The position numbers were made by a program, and so were the translations under genes. Source: Heptranchias perlo (Eukaryota). Taken from it: a stretch of DNA of 64,000 nt. The stretch covers positions 37,386,001-37,450,000 of the forward strand of contig NC_090337.1 of the NCBI RefSeq assembly GCF_035084215.1, in the 5' to 3' direction. Each line of letters begins with the position of its first letter. Position 1 is the first letter of the stretch. The notes beneath the pieces were generated by a model, which worked only from the letters and a program-made list of their open reading frames with translations, had not been told where the DNA came from and did not search any database. Positions 60,831 to 64,000 of this stretch are shown here, piece by piece.

Positions 60831-62309
60831 CTGTATCAATTCAACTTCTTGTAGTACTACATATAGATACAATAATCACTGAATATGACAATCAAAAAGA
60901 AAATATATTTTCATCTTTGTGAGTTTAATATATAGTGGTATTATAGAAATCCTCTTTTTTGTTTGAATCAAATATTTTCTCCATCGGTTAATAGAATCTT
61001 CGACTCTCCTTCCAATACGTATCTTATTTTAACAAACTGTACCCTGTTTTCTAGACATTGTATAAACAAATCCTCTAGATTTAGATAATTGTCTCAGAAA
61101 CTGTTCGTTTGGGTTTCAACAAAGTTCAGGGGCCACTGTGGTTGAATAATTCAAGAATATTTATTATTTGTACTAACAGTCTCAGAAGCACAAACCATCC
61201 TATTTCAAGGATAAACATTTTGCGACAAGGAGAATTAAATGGCATGTAGAGGGGGATAGCTTCTGATGTAGCTTATGGGCAGTGTGATCTATACTAATAA
61301 TAAACTATGGAAAGAACCAGGCCAGGGATGACAGTGAGTGAACAAATACCTAACATGTTTCAATGATGATTTGGGGAGGATGAAGCTGGATTGGTACTTA
61401 ACTGCATTCTTTCATTAACAAGGTTACATTACCAGTACAGATTAAATGTGAACTGCCAATTTTAAGGTTTAAAACAAAATTGTACAGTAATAAATAATTA
61501 ATTATACAGGAACAATTACACCACAAGCAAATCACTTATACTATTCGTAATCTTTCTTTTCACAGTTCCTGACATTGTTCCATGTTTTGCTAAATAATAT
61601 CCTGACATTAACTATAACATTTGTTTGGGGAGAGGGGTGGGAAGAATTTTTCTGTTCCTCAAAGTGAGGAATGCCAGAGCTAAATAATGTAACACTTTTG
61701 GGTACTTGGGTCTGCATAAAGAATTCCTAGATCAAGAATAGTACAGGTTAGTTCCAAAGCATCTTTCCTTGGCTCTGCCCAACAATGTGCCTTAACCCTA
61801 ACCTCAAGAGAGCGTTGCCCACTGCACCAGTGTTAGATGGCAATTTCCTACACAAAGCATCCTTATAGTCTCTCTGATAGAAACTGTCAATTTGTACTTT
61901 TGATTCATTTAGTGCTGTGCAGCTGTAAGGAACTGGGTTGGAATGACTCAAAAGGGAAGAATTTCATCCCAGCAGTCTAAGCTGGATTTGAACCTGAGCT
62001 TTAGCGAATGCGTATTGTATGGGACAATTTAATTCCATCCTTCCAATTCACATGAACATAGTGGTTTTTGATGCATCTTCCAGTTATCTCCAGATGAACT
62101 TTTTATCTGAAATATTTTGCAATTTAAAATGAATAATAAACATGTTCTTAATTTTTCATGAATTGTTCTTTTAAAACATGCTTTTTTCAATTATGGAACA
62201 GATTCCTAAATATAGCCAGCTCTTCTTCCCTCCACTCTTGTTTCTGGTTCAGATAGATTATTGCATCTGGTCACAGTACTACATGCTGCCTTGGAAGCTA
62301 CTTGTTTAC

Positions 62310-63090
62310 AAGTCAGTTGTTCACATTCTTGCCTAAGACAAAGGTTGTAGGTGCAATCCCACCTATGGACATTAGCATATAATCTTGGCTGATAATGTTG
62401 CACTGAAGGAGCGCTGCATTGTCCAAGATGCTGTTTTTCAAGACATTAAATCAAGGCCCTGCCTTTCTGCTCAAGTGGATTTAGAAGATCTCATTACGCT
62501 ATTTGAAGAAGAGCTGTCCTGGTCTTTCAATCAGTTTTCTACTCATTTCAGTACATTCACTAGCTAAAAAAATTATCAGATTACTGGGTATCAGCTGGAT
62601 AATGGAGCATGAGTGGAGGTGTATTCAACATCAGGGATGTTCATGAGAGACCAGCAAGTTATTTCACAGCATGCTGGGGAAGGGGGAGTGAGAACTTTTG
62701 TCAGTGACTAGGATGAATAAGCTTATTCCATAAGGATTACAATTCTTTTTCCTTGAATTGTTGATCACTATGTTTGAAATCGTGGGAGGAATAAATAGTG
62801 TAGAACAAGCACAACAGCTGTATTTTGGAGCTTTTTTTTGCTAGAATGTAATTGTGTATAGTTTTTTTGATTGTTTTTGGAGAGAAAGATTTACTGGAAG
62901 ATGATTGGTGGATAATGAAAGCAGAAAATAATCATTTAAGGAAAACTCAGAGAGTCAGGGTGCAGTTCATCCAGATGATGAATAAGCTTACCTCTATTTA
63001 AACATTTCTTCCTCAACCAACATCAAAAACAAGTCAACTGGTCAGTCATCTCATTGCTACTTGTGGGATCTTTGTTTGCCCAGAATTGTC
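62310..63090 (+). mobile_element. DeuSINE-like SINE split into two pieces (62310-62525 and ~63000-63090)
   Basis: tRNA-like head, then gcgctgcattgtc...caagtggatttagaagatctcattacgctatttgaagaagagc, resuming at cctcaaccaacatc...ctcattgctacttgtgggatct. Confidence 0.55.
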
Positions 63091-64000
63091 ATGGATTATG
63101 TTGACGAGAGATTCAATATCTACAGATCGTCATGTATGGTTAGTCTTGCAGTGTATAAACAATCACAAAAGAGCAGAGTAGTTTTTCACCTCAAATAACA
63201 CTTAAAAAGTGTTGTATTTACAATTATCTGTTTATTGAACTTAACAGTTTTTTACATTAACCATTTAACATTGACATCTTAAAAAATTCTTAAAGAAGAT
63301 TAAAAAAATTAACAGGATTTGTTTCAATATAAATATTCTTCATTCAAATAAACAAGACAATCGCAGAAACGTTGGTTTATCAAAATGCAGATCAAAAAAT
63401 GAAACTTTACATGTAGATTCACAGCAACATTATATAAAATGTATTTTATACTACTACAAATTATTATATATAATTTCTTATGTATTTGTATTTTTTACAT
63501 TTCCATTAGTTCACATTTGTGCATGCATTAAGCTTCAAAAAATGTGGATTTCAAAAAGATGCTGCTCGAGAAACTGAAATCCACATTTCTTGAAGTTTAA
63601 TGCACAAGAGTTAACAAATCTAAAATGCAGCAAAATTATATATGAGTCCAGTCTACAGTTTTAATTGATTTATTTTATTACTAATTGATTGAAATATAAT
63701 TTTTGCAGAACACACTCCATCCTCACAAAGTTCTCAGGAAATTTGCTGATTATGATGAACTGCATGCAACAGTTAAAAGGCTACATTTTCCACTTTTGGT
63801 ATTATTAACACCTGGATGGCTATTCACATTTTGGACAAACTGAAATGGTAGTGGGCAGTTTACACCCAATTTTCCTTGGTCAGCCCCTCAGCATAACTTC
63901 AAATGCGAGTTTAGACAGATCTAAACAGGAGACTAATGGTGGGAGAGGAAAATAGTGCAAATTTAAAGGGAGGGAGACAATTAAAGGCAAGGGTCACGGT

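Noticed and set aside
1-64000. CRISPR arrays, rRNA or prokaryotic operon systems
   Set aside because: The sequence is spliced vertebrate DNA; no regularly spaced repeats or rRNA-like segments were seen.

Overview
Vertebrate genomic DNA, very likely from a cartilaginous fish (shark), judging by the repeat content: esterase-type CR1 LINEs, L2, DeuSINE/SacSINE-like SINEs, Penelope-like relics and Harbinger elements. It contains three spliced host genes. (1) The 5' part of ECT2 on the minus strand: six coding exons, 17943->5889, continuing off the left edge, with a CCAAT/CHR-type promoter. (2) An intact 3-exon, 406-aa THAP zinc-finger gene on the minus strand (33776->28466) with an HCF-1-binding DHSY motif and a C-terminal coiled coil. 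It sits between ECT2 and NCEH1 and shares a ~700-bp CpG-rich divergent promoter with NCEH1. (3) Complete NCEH1 on the plus strand: 5 exons, 34485->55473, 408 aa. The most notable non-coding signals are two minimal type-I hammerhead ribozymes in Penelope-like 3' ends (12171-12211 +, 21377-21417 -) that covary with each other, plus decayed hammerheads in palindromic relics. There are also several nested transposon insertions with readable target-site duplications, a cluster of Harbinger derivatives in NCEH1 intron 1, and three unexplained near-perfect inverted repeats. Family assignments come from motif recognition by eye, with no database searches.
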